A stretch of DNA of 64,000 nucleotides from Bacteriovoracaceae bacterium (GTDB taxonomy: Bacteria > Bdellovibrionota > Bacteriovoracia > Bacteriovoracales > Bacteriovoracaceae). Positions 1 to 10,296 of this stretch are shown here, in pieces. The position numbers and the translations under genes were made by a program. The first letter of the stretch is position 1. Each line of letters opens with the position of its first letter. The notes under the pieces are model-generated. The model saw only the letters and a program-made list of their open reading frames with translations, was not told the origin of the DNA and made no database searches. The stretch lies in the NCBI GenBank assembly GCA_041586955.1, contig JBFGZE010000005.1, positions 24,563-88,562 on the forward strand, in the 5' to 3' direction.

Positions 1-1372
1 TGCAACCGTTATTGCCGACCATTTGAACTTTTGTGTGGATTTATTAGAGCGAAAAGAAAAAATAGGCCTTATTCACCTTAACGTCGAGGCATCTGGTATC
101 GCGAAGAAATCAACGGCCTTTGCGCAATCATTGGTTTATCTTAATCAAGCTGATGAAATGAAATCTCTCGTTGAAGATGACAGAGAGCTTTATTCAAAAA
201 TTATTTTGGAGAGAGCAGAGTCTTTGTATTTAAATGGAGATTATGTTAATTGCGAAAAATATATCAACCAATCCTTGCAAGAGAATTTAAATGCTTCATC
301 ACAGGCGCTTTTGCTTAATCAGCTTATTATCCAATGCACGGCCCAAGGGCGTTATGCTGATGCCATCGAAAACGGACGAAAGGCCTTAGCAAAGCTTGAT
401 ATGTCCTTACCACAAGAAAATTTAAAGAAATATGTACTGGAGGAATTAGATACTGTTAAGGGAATGATTCATGGCCGCGATGTTTTATCATTGCGGAGTG
501 AAGATGAGATGCAGGATCAACGCATGAAGATTGCCATGAATATTCTCATCAACATGGATTCTCCCTGCTATTTAAGTAATATTGATCTTTATTGTGTGGT
601 TGTTGCCAAGATGGTTCAAATCTCTATTGAATACGGCCCTGTACCAGAATCTGCCAAAGGTTATGCCTCTTATGGAATTGTTCTCTGCTCATTTAATGAA
701 AACAAATTGGGAAGAGAATTTAATGAGTTAGGGATCGCTATCGCTGATCGTTTTAATCACCTCGGCCAAATTTGTCGCGCGTGTCATACCATGGCCAATC
801 ATGTGCAATTTTGGACTCAACATATTATTGAAGGGGACTCCTATAATGATCGGGGATTTTTGGCGGGGCATGATGCCGGAGAGTATCTCTGGGCAGGGTT
901 TATCAAATTATTTAAACCCTATAACCAATTCTTTAGGGCCAGAAATATCCATCAATTAAAAGATGATATTGTGACTGGTTTAGATTATTGCACACAGCAC
1001 CCCAATCAATTGGGAATTGATACTCTAACCGGTTTAGGGATTCTATTAAGTGAATTGGCCGGATCAGATCTTTTTGAAGGCGTCCTCAGCTTACCGACCC
1101 ATGAACAATTTGTTAAAAAATGCCACGAAACAAATAGTTTGATGGCATTAAGTATGTATCTTTCGGTCAAAACATTTACGCTTTTACTTGAAAATAAATT
1201 TGAGGAAGCGTCTGTCATGGTTGAGAACTCGCTTGAGTTATTGCCATTTTCCTATTCTGTCATTACGAATTTTTACGATACATTTTCGAAGGCCTTTCTT
1301 CTGTTACAAAGAGCAAAGTCCTATCAAGAAGTCGATGAAGTCGAGCTCAGTGACTGTTTAACCAGTATTTAA
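1..1372 (+). CDS. Central TPR-like region of a trifunctional Ser/Thr kinase-AAA ATPase-sensor histidine kinase (5' truncated by window edge; ends at in-frame TAA)
   Basis: Frame open from position 2 (ATVIADHLN). Helical region with GYASYG, CHTMANHV and GEYLWAG segments typical of this multi-sensor kinase family. Confidence 0.75.
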   Translation, partial: ATVIADHLNFCVDLLERKEKIGLIHLNVEASGIAKKSTAFAQSLVYLNQADEMKSLVEDDRELYSKIILERAESLYLNGDYVNCEKYINQSLQENLNASSQALLLNQLIIQCTAQGRYADAIENGRKALAKLDMSLPQENLKKYVLEELDTVKGMIHGRDVLSLRSEDEMQDQRMKIAMNILINMDSPCYLSNIDLYCVVVAKMVQISIEYGPVPESAKGYASYGIVLCSFNENKLGREFNELGIAIADRFNHLGQICRACHTMANHVQFWTQHIIEGDSYNDRGFLAGHDAGEYLWAGFIKLFKPYNQFFRARNIHQLKDDIVTGLDYCTQHPNQLGIDTLTGLGILLSELAGSDLFEGVLSLPTHEQFVKKCHETNSLMALSMYLSVKTFTLLLENKFEEASVMVENSLELLPFSYSVITNFYDTFSKAFLLLQRAKSYQEVDEVELSDCLTSI

Positions 1373-1375
1373 AAA

Positions 1376-3094
1376 TTGGCCATTTCTTGCCCTGAAAATT
1401 TTGAGGCCTTTCACAATCTTTTATTGGGAGAGTTAAATATTCTGAAAGGGGATTTTTATCCTGGCGTGGAGTTTTTAGAGAAAGCAAGTGATCGATCTCG
1501 CAAGTCTGGTTTTGATCACCTGCAAGGCCTTATTTGGAATCGTTTAAGTTTTCATTGGCAAAATACCCAGGGAAAAAGTGAGATATCTTCCTTTTATAAG
1601 GAGAACGCTGAAAAGGTCTTTAAAGGGTGGGGCGCTAATGAGTTAGCTTTTAAATCGCAACGAGAGCGTGGAGTGAAACCAGAGGCCAATGATGAAAGCA
1701 AGGTCTATTTACCTAGTGATCTTAGTACTATCCTAAAGGGACATAGTATTGGCGGAGAAAGATTGGGCAGAGAGGAGATTCTCAATAAATCTCTATCTGT
1801 CTTGGTTAAGGCCAGTCACTCTCAATATGGGGCCATTTATTTACTAGATAATGAATCAAACTTAATCCTCGAGGAAAGTTTAAATGAAAGCTGGGAGAAG
1901 GACCTTTCTTCTCTTGTCAATTATACCTTTCGTGCCAATAAAACATTATGTTCCCATTTGATGGAGCAGGAGAGAATCATTGAAATTCTCGGCGATATGA
2001 ACTATTCGATTCTTTCTACACCGATTCAGGGCAAAGGAGTCATTGTTTTAATTCGAGATGAGAAAAATACCGACAATTATAATGAAGAGGTGATGAGAGT
2101 TGTTCAACTTATTACTCAACAATTATTGTTATCTCTTGAGAATATAGATATGTACCAAAAGATGACTCTCTTTAATAAAGAGCTTGAAGAAAAAGTCGCT
2201 TTACGCACTCGCGAATTAAAAAACGAAAGAGACAAGGCACAAGCGATTGCAGAAGATCTTAAAAAAGCACAAAGAGAGATTGTGGATATTGCTAAAAATG
2301 CAGGGCGTACAGAGGTTGCGGCGAACGTTCTCCACAATGTAGGCAATAGTTCGATGTTTATTCTTGGCCAGTTTAGCATTATGAGAAAAAAGCTTAAAAA
2401 AGAAGGCCCTTTCGAAATATTACAAGCTTTGATTACGAAGCTTGGCGACTACCAAGGTGGGGTTGTGGAGTTTGTGAAGAAAGATCCAGTCGGCCAGAAT
2501 CTTGGTCAGTTTTTGCAAGAGATAGCGAATTTAGGTCATCAATTTATTGCAGATCAAGATCAGAGAGTTGCTGGTATTGAGCAAAAGCTTAGACAAATGA
2601 TGAAATTAATTAAGACCGAAAGTATAAATTATAATGCCTACGCAGTTTTAGAAACGACAGATATTCGAGCTATAATTGATGAGGCAGTCATTTTATCGGG
2701 GCTGGGTGATACTATTGAGCATCGAGTCAGAATTGAAACTCCTTTACAACCCAAATTAGATTTTGCAAAAGTGAAAAATATCCTCATTAATCTCTATTCT
2801 AATAGTATTAATGCCTGTGCCAACCTCGATCGTAAACCACTGGTGACTTCTTTAGTGAAGAAAAAAGACAATTATTTGCGAATTGAAGTCAGCGATAATG
2901 GATGTGGCATAGCAGAAGCTGCTCTCTCCGAGATTTTCTCCCCTGGGGTTTCAACACGAAATAATGGGGAAGGTGGCTATGGCCTTCATAATTCATCAAT
3001 TGTGGCGCAAAACCTCGGAGGAAGCTTAATTGCCCATTCAGATGGGCCACAAATGGGTGCCACTTTTATATTAGAATTACCTTGGGTATCTTAA
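1376..3094 (+). CDS. C-terminal part of the same kinase: GAF-like domain, coiled coil, HisKA and HATPase_c
   Basis: Starts K-L-A-I-S-CPENF in the same frame as the upstream ORF. H-box NVLHNVGN, N-box LINLYSNS, G1 DNGCGI, G2 GYGLH. Confidence 0.8.
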   Translation: MAISCPENFEAFHNLLLGELNILKGDFYPGVEFLEKASDRSRKSGFDHLQGLIWNRLSFHWQNTQGKSEISSFYKENAEKVFKGWGANELAFKSQRERGVKPEANDESKVYLPSDLSTILKGHSIGGERLGREEILNKSLSVLVKASHSQYGAIYLLDNESNLILEESLNESWEKDLSSLVNYTFRANKTLCSHLMEQERIIEILGDMNYSILSTPIQGKGVIVLIRDEKNTDNYNEEVMRVVQLITQQLLLSLENIDMYQKMTLFNKELEEKVALRTRELKNERDKAQAIAEDLKKAQREIVDIAKNAGRTEVAANVLHNVGNSSMFILGQFSIMRKKLKKEGPFEILQALITKLGDYQGGVVEFVKKDPVGQNLGQFLQEIANLGHQFIADQDQRVAGIEQKLRQMMKLIKTESINYNAYAVLETTDIRAIIDEAVILSGLGDTIEHRVRIETPLQPKLDFAKVKNILINLYSNSINACANLDRKPLVTSLVKKKDNYLRIEVSDNGCGIAEAALSEIFSPGVSTRNNGEGGYGLHNSSIVAQNLGGSLIAHSDGPQMGATFILELPWVS

Positions 3095-3238
3095 ATATTT
3101 TTTAGAATAGCACAAACCCGACAATTTCCTTGAGAAGGTCATCGTTTGAAATGAACAAACTGTATAATAGGGATCAGTAATTATAATGGAAAAGTAGAGC
3201 ACAATATTGGCCCATCTTAAAAAGTTTTTTTGTAAGGG

Positions 3239-3559
3239 TTAGATAAGGCGGTTGAGGTCAAAGAACTTTTTTTCCAAGTTTTTCACCATGTCTTTTAAGG
3301 AGCTGGAAAAGTTGACAGATTGTCCTTCAAGTCGCCGGCGAAACTCTTTGAGTATAAGTTTACTTTTACTTGCTGCTTCACAAGATAACTTTTCATCATT
3401 TAACTCTGCAATAATAGCGTTGGATTCTTTAATCAGGTCCCCAAAACTTAAGTTTTTTAGAGTTTCTGAAAGCTGACTTTCTTGAAGAGAAAGTGCTTTG
3501 GATTTTTTCCAAGAATCTAAGCAAACAATCTTATCGTCTTGCTTATGATCTGTATTCAT
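3239..3559 (-). CDS. Hypothetical helical protein
   Basis: ORF; likely start MNTDHK at 3559 after a purine-rich AGGGGA. Confidence 0.55.
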   Translation of the reverse strand: MNTDHKQDDKIVCLDSWKKSKALSLQESQLSETLKNLSFGDLIKESNAIIAELNDEKLSCEAASKSKLILKEFRRRLEGQSVNFSSSLKDMVKNLEKKFFDLNRLI

Positions 3560-3679
3560 ATTGATTTGTCCCCTGTTGCGGGCATTAATCCAAATTCTGT
3601 TTAGATTGACAAGTGTCATGAAATTTATTTTAAATTTTTATTAAAAAACAAATGAAGCTTATTTTGACGCGTAAACTTT

Positions 3680-4273
3680 TTACACCGTCTTTTTCTTCTT
3701 GCGCAGCATGAATACCGTAATTCCGATAAGGAAAAGCCCAAAGAGAACGATATTTCCCTTCTTCACGAGTTCCACCATTTGTTCCCCAAAAGTAAAATAC
3801 AAATAGAAAAAGACAGAGGAGCTGATAATACAGGCGATGAAGTCAGAGACAGCAAATTTTACAGCATTCATTTTACCAAGGCCGGCCGTTAAAAAGAGGC
3901 CATTGCGAACGCCAAAAGGGATAAAGCGACCAATGAGGAGCGTGAGGATGCCATATTTCTCATAAAAAGCGTGAATCTTATCAATTTGCTCTTGGGTGAC
4001 CATATTCTGAAAGAATTTGATATGAAAAATTTTATTACCTAGATAGCGCCCCATAAAAGCATAGCAGATAAGGTCTGAGAGGTAGGCACCGGCGAAAACA
4101 GCAATAAAAAGTGGCCAGAGCAGGTCTGGGCTTTGGGCCGCTAGCATGGCGCTGATAAAGAGCATCAGATCCTCTGAGACGGGAATATTAAAACCGGCCA
4201 AAAGAAGGAGACCAAAAATGAGGTAGGGGGCGATTGCAGCATTTTGCTGAATATAGAGTGTTATTTCTTCCAT
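3680..4273 (-). CDS. dedA: DedA family membrane protein
   Basis: GFNIPVSED and GRFIPFGVR motifs; hydrophobic helices. Confidence 0.88.
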   Translation of the reverse strand: MEEITLYIQQNAAIAPYLIFGLLLLAGFNIPVSEDLMLFISAMLAAQSPDLLWPLFIAVFAGAYLSDLICYAFMGRYLGNKIFHIKFFQNMVTQEQIDKIHAFYEKYGILTLLIGRFIPFGVRNGLFLTAGLGKMNAVKFAVSDFIACIISSSVFFYLYFTFGEQMVELVKKGNIVLFGLFLIGITVFMLRKKKKTV

Positions 4274-4307
4274 GGAGACAATTCTATTCTAAAAAAGATG
4301 ATTTGAG

Positions 4308-4343
4308 AAAAAAAAGGCCCTGGACTTTTAAGGTCCAGGGCCC
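4308..4343 (-). terminator. Rho-independent terminator after ahpC
   Basis: GGCCCTGGAC/GTCCAGGGCC stem with an A-run on + (U-tract on -). Confidence 0.85.
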
Positions 4344-4359
4344 CCAATTTTCAATTGGT

Positions 4360-4962
4360 CTATAATTTATTAAAGTATTCTTTTGATCCTTTAGGATCTG
4401 GCTTCATTGTATCAGCACCTTTATTCCAGCCGGCAGGACAAACTTCGCCATGCTTAGCAGTATATTGGTAACCTTCTACAAGGCGAGCAATTTCGTCAAC
4501 ATTACGGCCTACAGAGAGGTTGTTGATCGAAGCGTGCTGAACCACATTATTGTCATCAATGATGAATGTTCCACGGAAAGCAACAGCGTCGTTCATTAGA
4601 ACGCCATAGCTTCTCGCTGTATTTTTAGTGATATCAGAAAGAAGTGGGTAATTGATTTCCCCTAATCCACCTTCATTTCTTGCTTGCTGAGTCCAGGCCA
4701 AGTGAGAAAATTGCGAATCAACAGAACAGCCGATGACTTCGCAATTAAGGTCTTTGAACATTTGAACTTTATCAGAAAACGCCGTGATTTCTGTGGGGCA
4801 AACAAATGTGAAATCAAGGGGGTAGAAGAAGAGAACTTTCCACTTGCCTTTGAAATCATTGAGAGAAATTGGCTTAATTTCGCCATTAATAACAGCTGGC
4901 CCTTCAAAATTGGGAGCTGTTTGACCAACGAGAGTTGTTGGGTAGTTTGTTTCAGTTGTCAT
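4360..4962 (-). CDS. ahpC: 2-Cys peroxiredoxin (AhpC/Prx1)
   Basis: FYPLDFTFVCPTE and GEVCPAGW motifs. Confidence 0.95.
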   Translation of the reverse strand: MTTETNYPTTLVGQTAPNFEGPAVINGEIKPISLNDFKGKWKVLFFYPLDFTFVCPTEITAFSDKVQMFKDLNCEVIGCSVDSQFSHLAWTQQARNEGGLGEINYPLLSDITKNTARSYGVLMNDAVAFRGTFIIDDNNVVQHASINNLSVGRNVDEIARLVEGYQYTAKHGEVCPAGWNKGADTMKPDPKGSKEYFNKL

Positions 4963-5227
4963 AATTATCTCCTTACAAAGCGTTAATAACTGGTAAAATG
5001 CTTAATATTAAACCAAAACTCTATGATGCTGATCACTTAAATTCAAGACTAAAGGGGCCAAAAGCTTAATTAAAAATTAAAGTAAACTTATTTGCTGTCT
5101 TATTTTTCCGCTCCCAAAAGTCTCAAGATTTTGGGAGAATAGGACGATAAGTGTTAATGAAATCAATAATTTTTGCGGTATACTGTCCGACTTGAGATAG
5201 TATAGTTCACAAAAAGGAGCCTTTTCT

Positions 5228-5851
5228 ATGTTTGACCCAAAAATGCACATCCCTAATCCAATCGTCATTGAACAGACATCACGGGGGGAGAGGCAATATG
5301 ACATTTATTCTCGGTTAATGATTGACCGTATTGTATTTTTGGGAACACAGGTCAATGATGTGGTGGCGAACCTACTCATTGCCCAGATGCTCTTTCTTGA
5401 GCAGTCTAATCCCGAGGACCCGATTCATTTTTATATAAATAGCCCTGGTGGCTCCGTTTATGCTGGACTTGGTATTTACGATATTATGCAACATATTTCC
5501 TGCCCAGTGCACACATACTGCGTGGGGATGGCCGCCTCCATGGGCTCTCTTCTTCTTACAGCTGGAGAACCTGGTTGTCGACATGCCCTTCCTCATAGTA
5601 GGATAATGATCCACCAGCCTCTTGGCGGTGCGAGGGGGCAATGCTCTGATATACAGATTCAGGCCAATGAAATTCAAACGCTTAAAGATCAACTGAATCA
5701 AATTTATATCAATCACTCGAGTGTCGATATGAATATGGAAAAAATTATTGCAGAGACAGATCGAGATAATTATCTCTCTCCTGACGAGGCGATTAAATTA
5801 GGTTTGATTGACCAAGTAATTGAAAAAAAGTCTAAAAAGAAAGATTCTTAA
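5228..5851 (+). CDS. clpP: Clp protease proteolytic subunit
   Basis: [24 protein letters not shown] motifs. Confidence 0.97.
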   Translation: MFDPKMHIPNPIVIEQTSRGERQYDIYSRLMIDRIVFLGTQVNDVVANLLIAQMLFLEQSNPEDPIHFYINSPGGSVYAGLGIYDIMQHISCPVHTYCVGMAASMGSLLLTAGEPGCRHALPHSRIMIHQPLGGARGQCSDIQIQANEIQTLKDQLNQIYINHSSVDMNMEKIIAETDRDNYLSPDEAIKLGLIDQVIEKKSKKKDS

Positions 5852-5865
5852 CGAAAGGAATATAT

Positions 5866-7170
5866 ATGGCCAGAGAAAACGGCAGTTATAATAGTTCACT
5901 TCATTGTAATTTTTGTGGAAAATCACAAAAAGAAGTTAAAAAGCTTATTGCGGGACCAGGGGTCTATATTTGTGATGAGTGTATCGAACTTTGCAATGAT
6001 ATTATCTTTGAAGATTCAGTTAAGAATACTTCACAGCAGAGCATGGACAATGTTCCCAAGCCTCATGAAATTAAAGAGCATCTTGATGCTTACGTCATAG
6101 GGCAGGATCGCGCCAAGAAAATTATTTCTGTTGCTGTTCATAATCATTATAAAAGGGTTAGTCATGGCGGAAAGGCCAAGTCTGGCCGCGATGAAGTTGA
6201 GTTGGCGAAATCGAATATTCTTCTTGCAGGGCCTACGGGCTCAGGAAAAACATTAATCGCCCAATCATTGGCCAAATATCTCAATGTACCTTTTGCTATT
6301 GCAGATGCTACTTCTCTGACGGAAGCGGGCTATGTTGGTGAAGACGTTGAGAATATTATTTTAAATTTATTACAGGCCTGTGATTACGATATTGAAAGAG
6401 CTGAGCGTGGAATTATTTATATCGATGAGATTGATAAAATTGCCCGCAAGTCTGAAAACCCCTCCATTACACGAGATGTTTCTGGGGAAGGTGTTCAACA
6501 AGCACTTTTAAAATTAATTGAAGGGACTGTTGCTTCGGTACCGCCAAAAGGTGGCCGTAAGCATCCTCAACAAGAATTTTTACAAGTGAATACTAAAAAT
6601 ATTCTTTTCATTGTCGCAGGTGCTTTTGTCGGCCTTGAAAAAATTATTGAAAAGAGAATGACTAAGCGGCCGATGGGACTTGTTGCTGAAAATAAGGAAG
6701 AAGCGGCACCATCTGTGGTTGAAAAACTTGGTGGTATTGAGGTCGAGGACTTAAGCAAATTTGGCCTTATCCCTGAGTTTATTGGCCGTTTACCGGTGAA
6801 TGCTCTTCTTCAGGAATTGGATGAGGAGGCCCTTATTCAAATTTTAACGAAACCAAAAAATGCCATTACGAAGCAGTATCAACGTTTATTTGAGTTTGAT
6901 GGCATTGAACTTGAGTTTGAAGAGGATGCCTTACGTGAAGTTGCCGCGACAGCTCTTAAAAAGAAAACTGGCGCCCGTGGTCTGCGTTCTATCCTAGAGC
7001 AAACTATGCTTGATGTAATGTATGATATTCCTTCAAATGATAAAATTGCCAAGGTGATTATTAGTAAAGAATCGATTGAAGGGAAGTGCCAGCCTACTCT
7101 GGTTGAAGGTGAAAGAAAAGATATCTCCAAGGTCCAGACTGGTTTTAAAGCAAAAGAAACTGGCTCATAA
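5866..7170 (+). CDS. clpX: Clp protease ATP-binding subunit ClpX
   Basis: C4 zinc finger CNFCGK...CDEC, Walker [24 protein letters not shown]. Confidence 0.97.
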   Translation: MARENGSYNSSLHCNFCGKSQKEVKKLIAGPGVYICDECIELCNDIIFEDSVKNTSQQSMDNVPKPHEIKEHLDAYVIGQDRAKKIISVAVHNHYKRVSHGGKAKSGRDEVELAKSNILLAGPTGSGKTLIAQSLAKYLNVPFAIADATSLTEAGYVGEDVENIILNLLQACDYDIERAERGIIYIDEIDKIARKSENPSITRDVSGEGVQQALLKLIEGTVASVPPKGGRKHPQQEFLQVNTKNILFIVAGAFVGLEKIIEKRMTKRPMGLVAENKEEAAPSVVEKLGGIEVEDLSKFGLIPEFIGRLPVNALLQELDEEALIQILTKPKNAITKQYQRLFEFDGIELEFEEDALREVAATALKKKTGARGLRSILEQTMLDVMYDIPSNDKIAKVIISKESIEGKCQPTLVEGERKDISKVQTGFKAKETGS

Positions 7171-7190
7171 AAATAAAAATAAATTTCAAC

Positions 7191-7225
7191 AAAAAAAAGC
7201 TGTCATTTCGTGGCAGCTTTTTTTT
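7191..7225 (+). terminator. Rho-independent terminator after clpX
   Basis: AAAAAAAAGCTGTCA-tttcg-TGGCAGCTTTTTTTT. Confidence 0.85.
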
Positions 7226-7428
7226 GTCTATTTTTTCTTAAATTCCAGCATTTTATGGCCATCCAACTGATTGAAATCACCGGTTTTTGTTGAGTCTTTT
7301 CAGGGGAGGGGCAATTTCCTCCGAGAAATATTTTTTGAACCAGTCACATAATCACGGTAGAATTAAATATGGACTCTGCAAGATGAAGGGTCGATATTGA
7401 AAGATTATTTGGCGGTACAGGAGGTGCT

Positions 7429-9840
7429 ATGCCAAACACTAGGTCAGAAAATTCCAAAAGATACCCATTACTCCCATTACGTGATGTCATTATTTTTCCC
7501 CATATGGTTGTGCCTTTATTTGTCGGCCGGGAAAAATCAATTGCAGCTCTCGAAGAGGCAGCTGCTAATGGCAATGAATTATTTTTGGTCACGCAAAAAG
7601 ATGCTAGCATCTTAAATCCAGATCGTGAGGATATTTACGATGTGGGGACAGTGGTTAATATTATTCAAATGCTAAGGCTCCCTGACAATACGGTTAAAGT
7701 GCTAATTGAAGGGAAGTATCGCGCAACACTGAAAGGCTTTGAAGCGAATAATAATGGTTATTGGGGCGAGGTCGAAAAATGTGTCGGTCTGGTGGATAAT
7801 CAAGTTAATCTTGAGGCCACTGTTCGCTCGATTAAAAATGTTTTTGAACAATATGTGAAACTGAATAAAAGAATTCCACCAGAGTTATTGATGAGTATTT
7901 CTTCAATAACGGATGCCTCACGTTTAGCAGATATTATTGTTGCTCACCTGACAATGAAGATTCCTGAAAAACAAAAAATTCTTGAAGCTATTAATGTTGA
8001 AGATCGCCTCGCTCTTCTTTTAGAAAAGATGCAAGGGGAGATTGAGATCATTAATGTCGAGAGACGAATCCGGACTCGCGTTAAATCGCAAATGGAAAAA
8101 TCTCAAAAAGAGTATTATTTGAATGAGCAAATGAATGCTATTCAAAAAGAGCTTGGTCAAAAAGATGACAAATCCGAAATGCAAGAAATGGAGGAGCGAT
8201 TAGAGGCCAAGCATATGCCGAAAGAGGCAAAAGATAAAACGAGAAAAGAAATTAAGAAATTAAAATCGATGTCACCTATGTCTGCAGAGGCGGCGGTCGT
8301 TCGCAATTATATCGATTGGATGCTTCATCTTCCTTGGCAAGAGTATACCGTGGACGATAATTCAGTTCCTCATGCCAGAGAAGTTCTTGATGAACACCAT
8401 TTTGGAATGAAAGATGTTAAAGATAGAATCGTTGAATATTTGGCGGTTCGGTCTTTGTTAAAAGAAGAAGGGAAGGGAACGATACTATGCTTAGCTGGTC
8501 CTCCAGGCGTTGGTAAAACATCAATTGCCCGTTCACTTGCAGATTCCCTTGGCCGAAAATTTCACCGTATTTCTCTTGGGGGTGTCCGGGATGAATCTGA
8601 AATTCGTGGCCATAGAAGAACTTATGTCGGTGCTATGCCTGGGAAAATTATGAATGCTTTAAAGAAGGCGGGGAGCTCTAACCCTGTTATTCTTTTAGAT
8701 GAAATTGATAAAATGAGTTCTGATATGCGTGGTGATCCAGCTTCGGCGATGCTTGAAGTCCTTGATCCCGAGCAAAATAAGAGTTTTGGCGATCATTATA
8801 TTGAAGTGGAATATGACCTTTCTAAAGTTATGTTTATTATGACTGCCAATGATCTAAGTCGAGTACCTGGGCCCTTACGTGATCGAATGGAAATTATCCA
8901 TCTTTCTGGGTATACTCCGCAAGAAAAATTACAAATCGGTAAACGCTATCTTCTCAAAAAGGCGATCAAGAATAATGGTCTGACTAATTACGAAGTCTCT
9001 ATCGGTGACAAGGCCATGGTTGATGTCGTACGCGGTTATACAAAAGAAGCCGGTGTTCGTGAGTTTGAGCGTTTGCTCAATACTGTTTGCCGTAAAATTG
9101 CCACTGAAGTCGTTGAAAAAGAATATGAAGAAGGGAAGAAGTTTACTGTTACTCCTAAGCAATTAAAAAAATTCCTAGGTCCCAAGAAATGTGATGGCAC
9201 GGAGATTGAAGCTGAACCTCAAGTTGGGCTTGTTAATGGTCTCGCGTGGACTTCTGTTGGTGGTGAACTTCTCAATATTGAAGTGGTTACTGTTCCTGGA
9301 AAGGGATCCATTCAAATTACCGGTAAATTGGGTGAAGTTATGCAAGAGTCGGCGAGAGCTGCTTTAAGTTATGTGCGCTCAATCAGTGATAAATTGGGAA
9401 TTTTACCAGAATGGTATGATAAAAATGATATCCATATCCACGTACCAGAAGGGGCGACGCCAAAAGACGGACCTTCTGCTGGTGTCACGATGGTGACGGC
9501 CCTAACCTCTGCGATTACTGGGATTAAAGTACACCAAACCATAGCAATGACAGGAGAGGTAACCATTCGCGGCCGTGTTCTTCCTATCGGTGGCCTAAAA
9601 GAAAAACTATTGGCCGCTAAACAAGCTGGTGTGACGAAAGTTCTCATTCCCATGAAAAACAAAAAAGACCTTTCGGAAATTCCCGCAGAAATCATGAATG
9701 GTATAGAGGTGATTCCCTGCTACCATGTGGAAGAAGTATTAAAAACTGCCTTAGAGTTATCTCAACCTGAAAAATTTATGCGGGTTGTTGGACTTAAAGT
9801 ATTGGAGGGCGACCCTACTAATATGGAAGTCGCAAATTAG
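7429..9840 (+). CDS. lon: Lon protease
   Basis: LPLRD N-domain, GPPGVGKT, PKDGPSAG catalytic Ser, GGLKEK catalytic Lys. Confidence 0.97.
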   Translation: MPNTRSENSKRYPLLPLRDVIIFPHMVVPLFVGREKSIAALEEAAANGNELFLVTQKDASILNPDREDIYDVGTVVNIIQMLRLPDNTVKVLIEGKYRATLKGFEANNNGYWGEVEKCVGLVDNQVNLEATVRSIKNVFEQYVKLNKRIPPELLMSISSITDASRLADIIVAHLTMKIPEKQKILEAINVEDRLALLLEKMQGEIEIINVERRIRTRVKSQMEKSQKEYYLNEQMNAIQKELGQKDDKSEMQEMEERLEAKHMPKEAKDKTRKEIKKLKSMSPMSAEAAVVRNYIDWMLHLPWQEYTVDDNSVPHAREVLDEHHFGMKDVKDRIVEYLAVRSLLKEEGKGTILCLAGPPGVGKTSIARSLADSLGRKFHRISLGGVRDESEIRGHRRTYVGAMPGKIMNALKKAGSSNPVILLDEIDKMSSDMRGDPASAMLEVLDPEQNKSFGDHYIEVEYDLSKVMFIMTANDLSRVPGPLRDRMEIIHLSGYTPQEKLQIGKRYLLKKAIKNNGLTNYEVSIGDKAMVDVVRGYTKEAGVREFERLLNTVCRKIATEVVEKEYEEGKKFTVTPKQLKKFLGPKKCDGTEIEAEPQVGLVNGLAWTSVGGELLNIEVVTVPGKGSIQITGKLGEVMQESARAALSYVRSISDKLGILPEWYDKNDIHIHVPEGATPKDGPSAGVTMVTALTSAITGIKVHQTIAMTGEVTIRGRVLPIGGLKEKLLAAKQAGVTKVLIPMKNKKDLSEIPAEIMNGIEVIPCYHVEEVLKTALELSQPEKFMRVVGLKVLEGDPTNMEVAN

Positions 9841-9864
9841 TAATAAATTACATTTCAATTACTT

Positions 9865-9891
9865 GGCCCCTCTTTTAGAGGGGTTTTTTTT
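9865..9891 (+). terminator. Rho-independent terminator after lon
   Basis: GGCCCCTCT-ttt-AGAGGGGTT followed by a T-run. Confidence 0.85.
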
Positions 9892-9892
9892 A

Positions 9893-9921
9893 TTGACGAA
9901 TGAACTCAGTTTTATTAAATT
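9893..9921 (+). promoter_or_regulatory. Sigma70-like promoter for tRNA-Val
   Basis: TTGACG-N17-TAAATT. Confidence 0.55.
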
Positions 9922-9935
9922 AGGTTTTCCATTAG

Positions 9936-10011
9936 GGGCGTATAGCTCAGCTGGGAGAGCGCTACCCTTACAAGGTAGATGTCGGCAGTTCGATCCTGTC
10001 TACGCCCACCA
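9936..10011 (+). tRNA. tRNA-Val(TAC)
   Basis: Acceptor stem GGGCGTA/TACGCCC, anticodon arm CTACC-CTTACAA-GGTAG, TTCGATC T-loop, encoded CCA. Confidence 0.97.
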
Positions 10012-10019
10012 AATTTTTT

Positions 10020-10049
10020 AAAAAAGACCCTTATTGGGTCTTTTTTTTT
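10020..10049 (+). terminator. Terminator after tRNA-Val
   Basis: AAAAAAAGACCC-ttatt-GGGTCTTTTTTTTT. Confidence 0.85.
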
Positions 10050-10296
10050 GCTTCACCAATTCCCTCTCTACTCAATAAAACTGCTTTTCCTTCGTGTTTA
10101 TGATAGAATTTCCACCAATTAGGTCCCTTTTTCATAGGCCTTATAAGCTTAATTGATTCTCTAATCACCAGATTGTTAAGAATATTTCCAATGGTAATGT
10201 TGATGGTAAATTAGATGTTTAGGTAAAAGGACTTTTATTGACCCATGGTGTGGAGGTCAGAATGTGTAAAAATATACTTTTCGTTTAGGGTTTTAA

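Noticed and set aside
9785..10021. 78-aa ORF over the lon end and tRNA-Val
   Set aside because: It overlaps a terminator and a tRNA; spurious.
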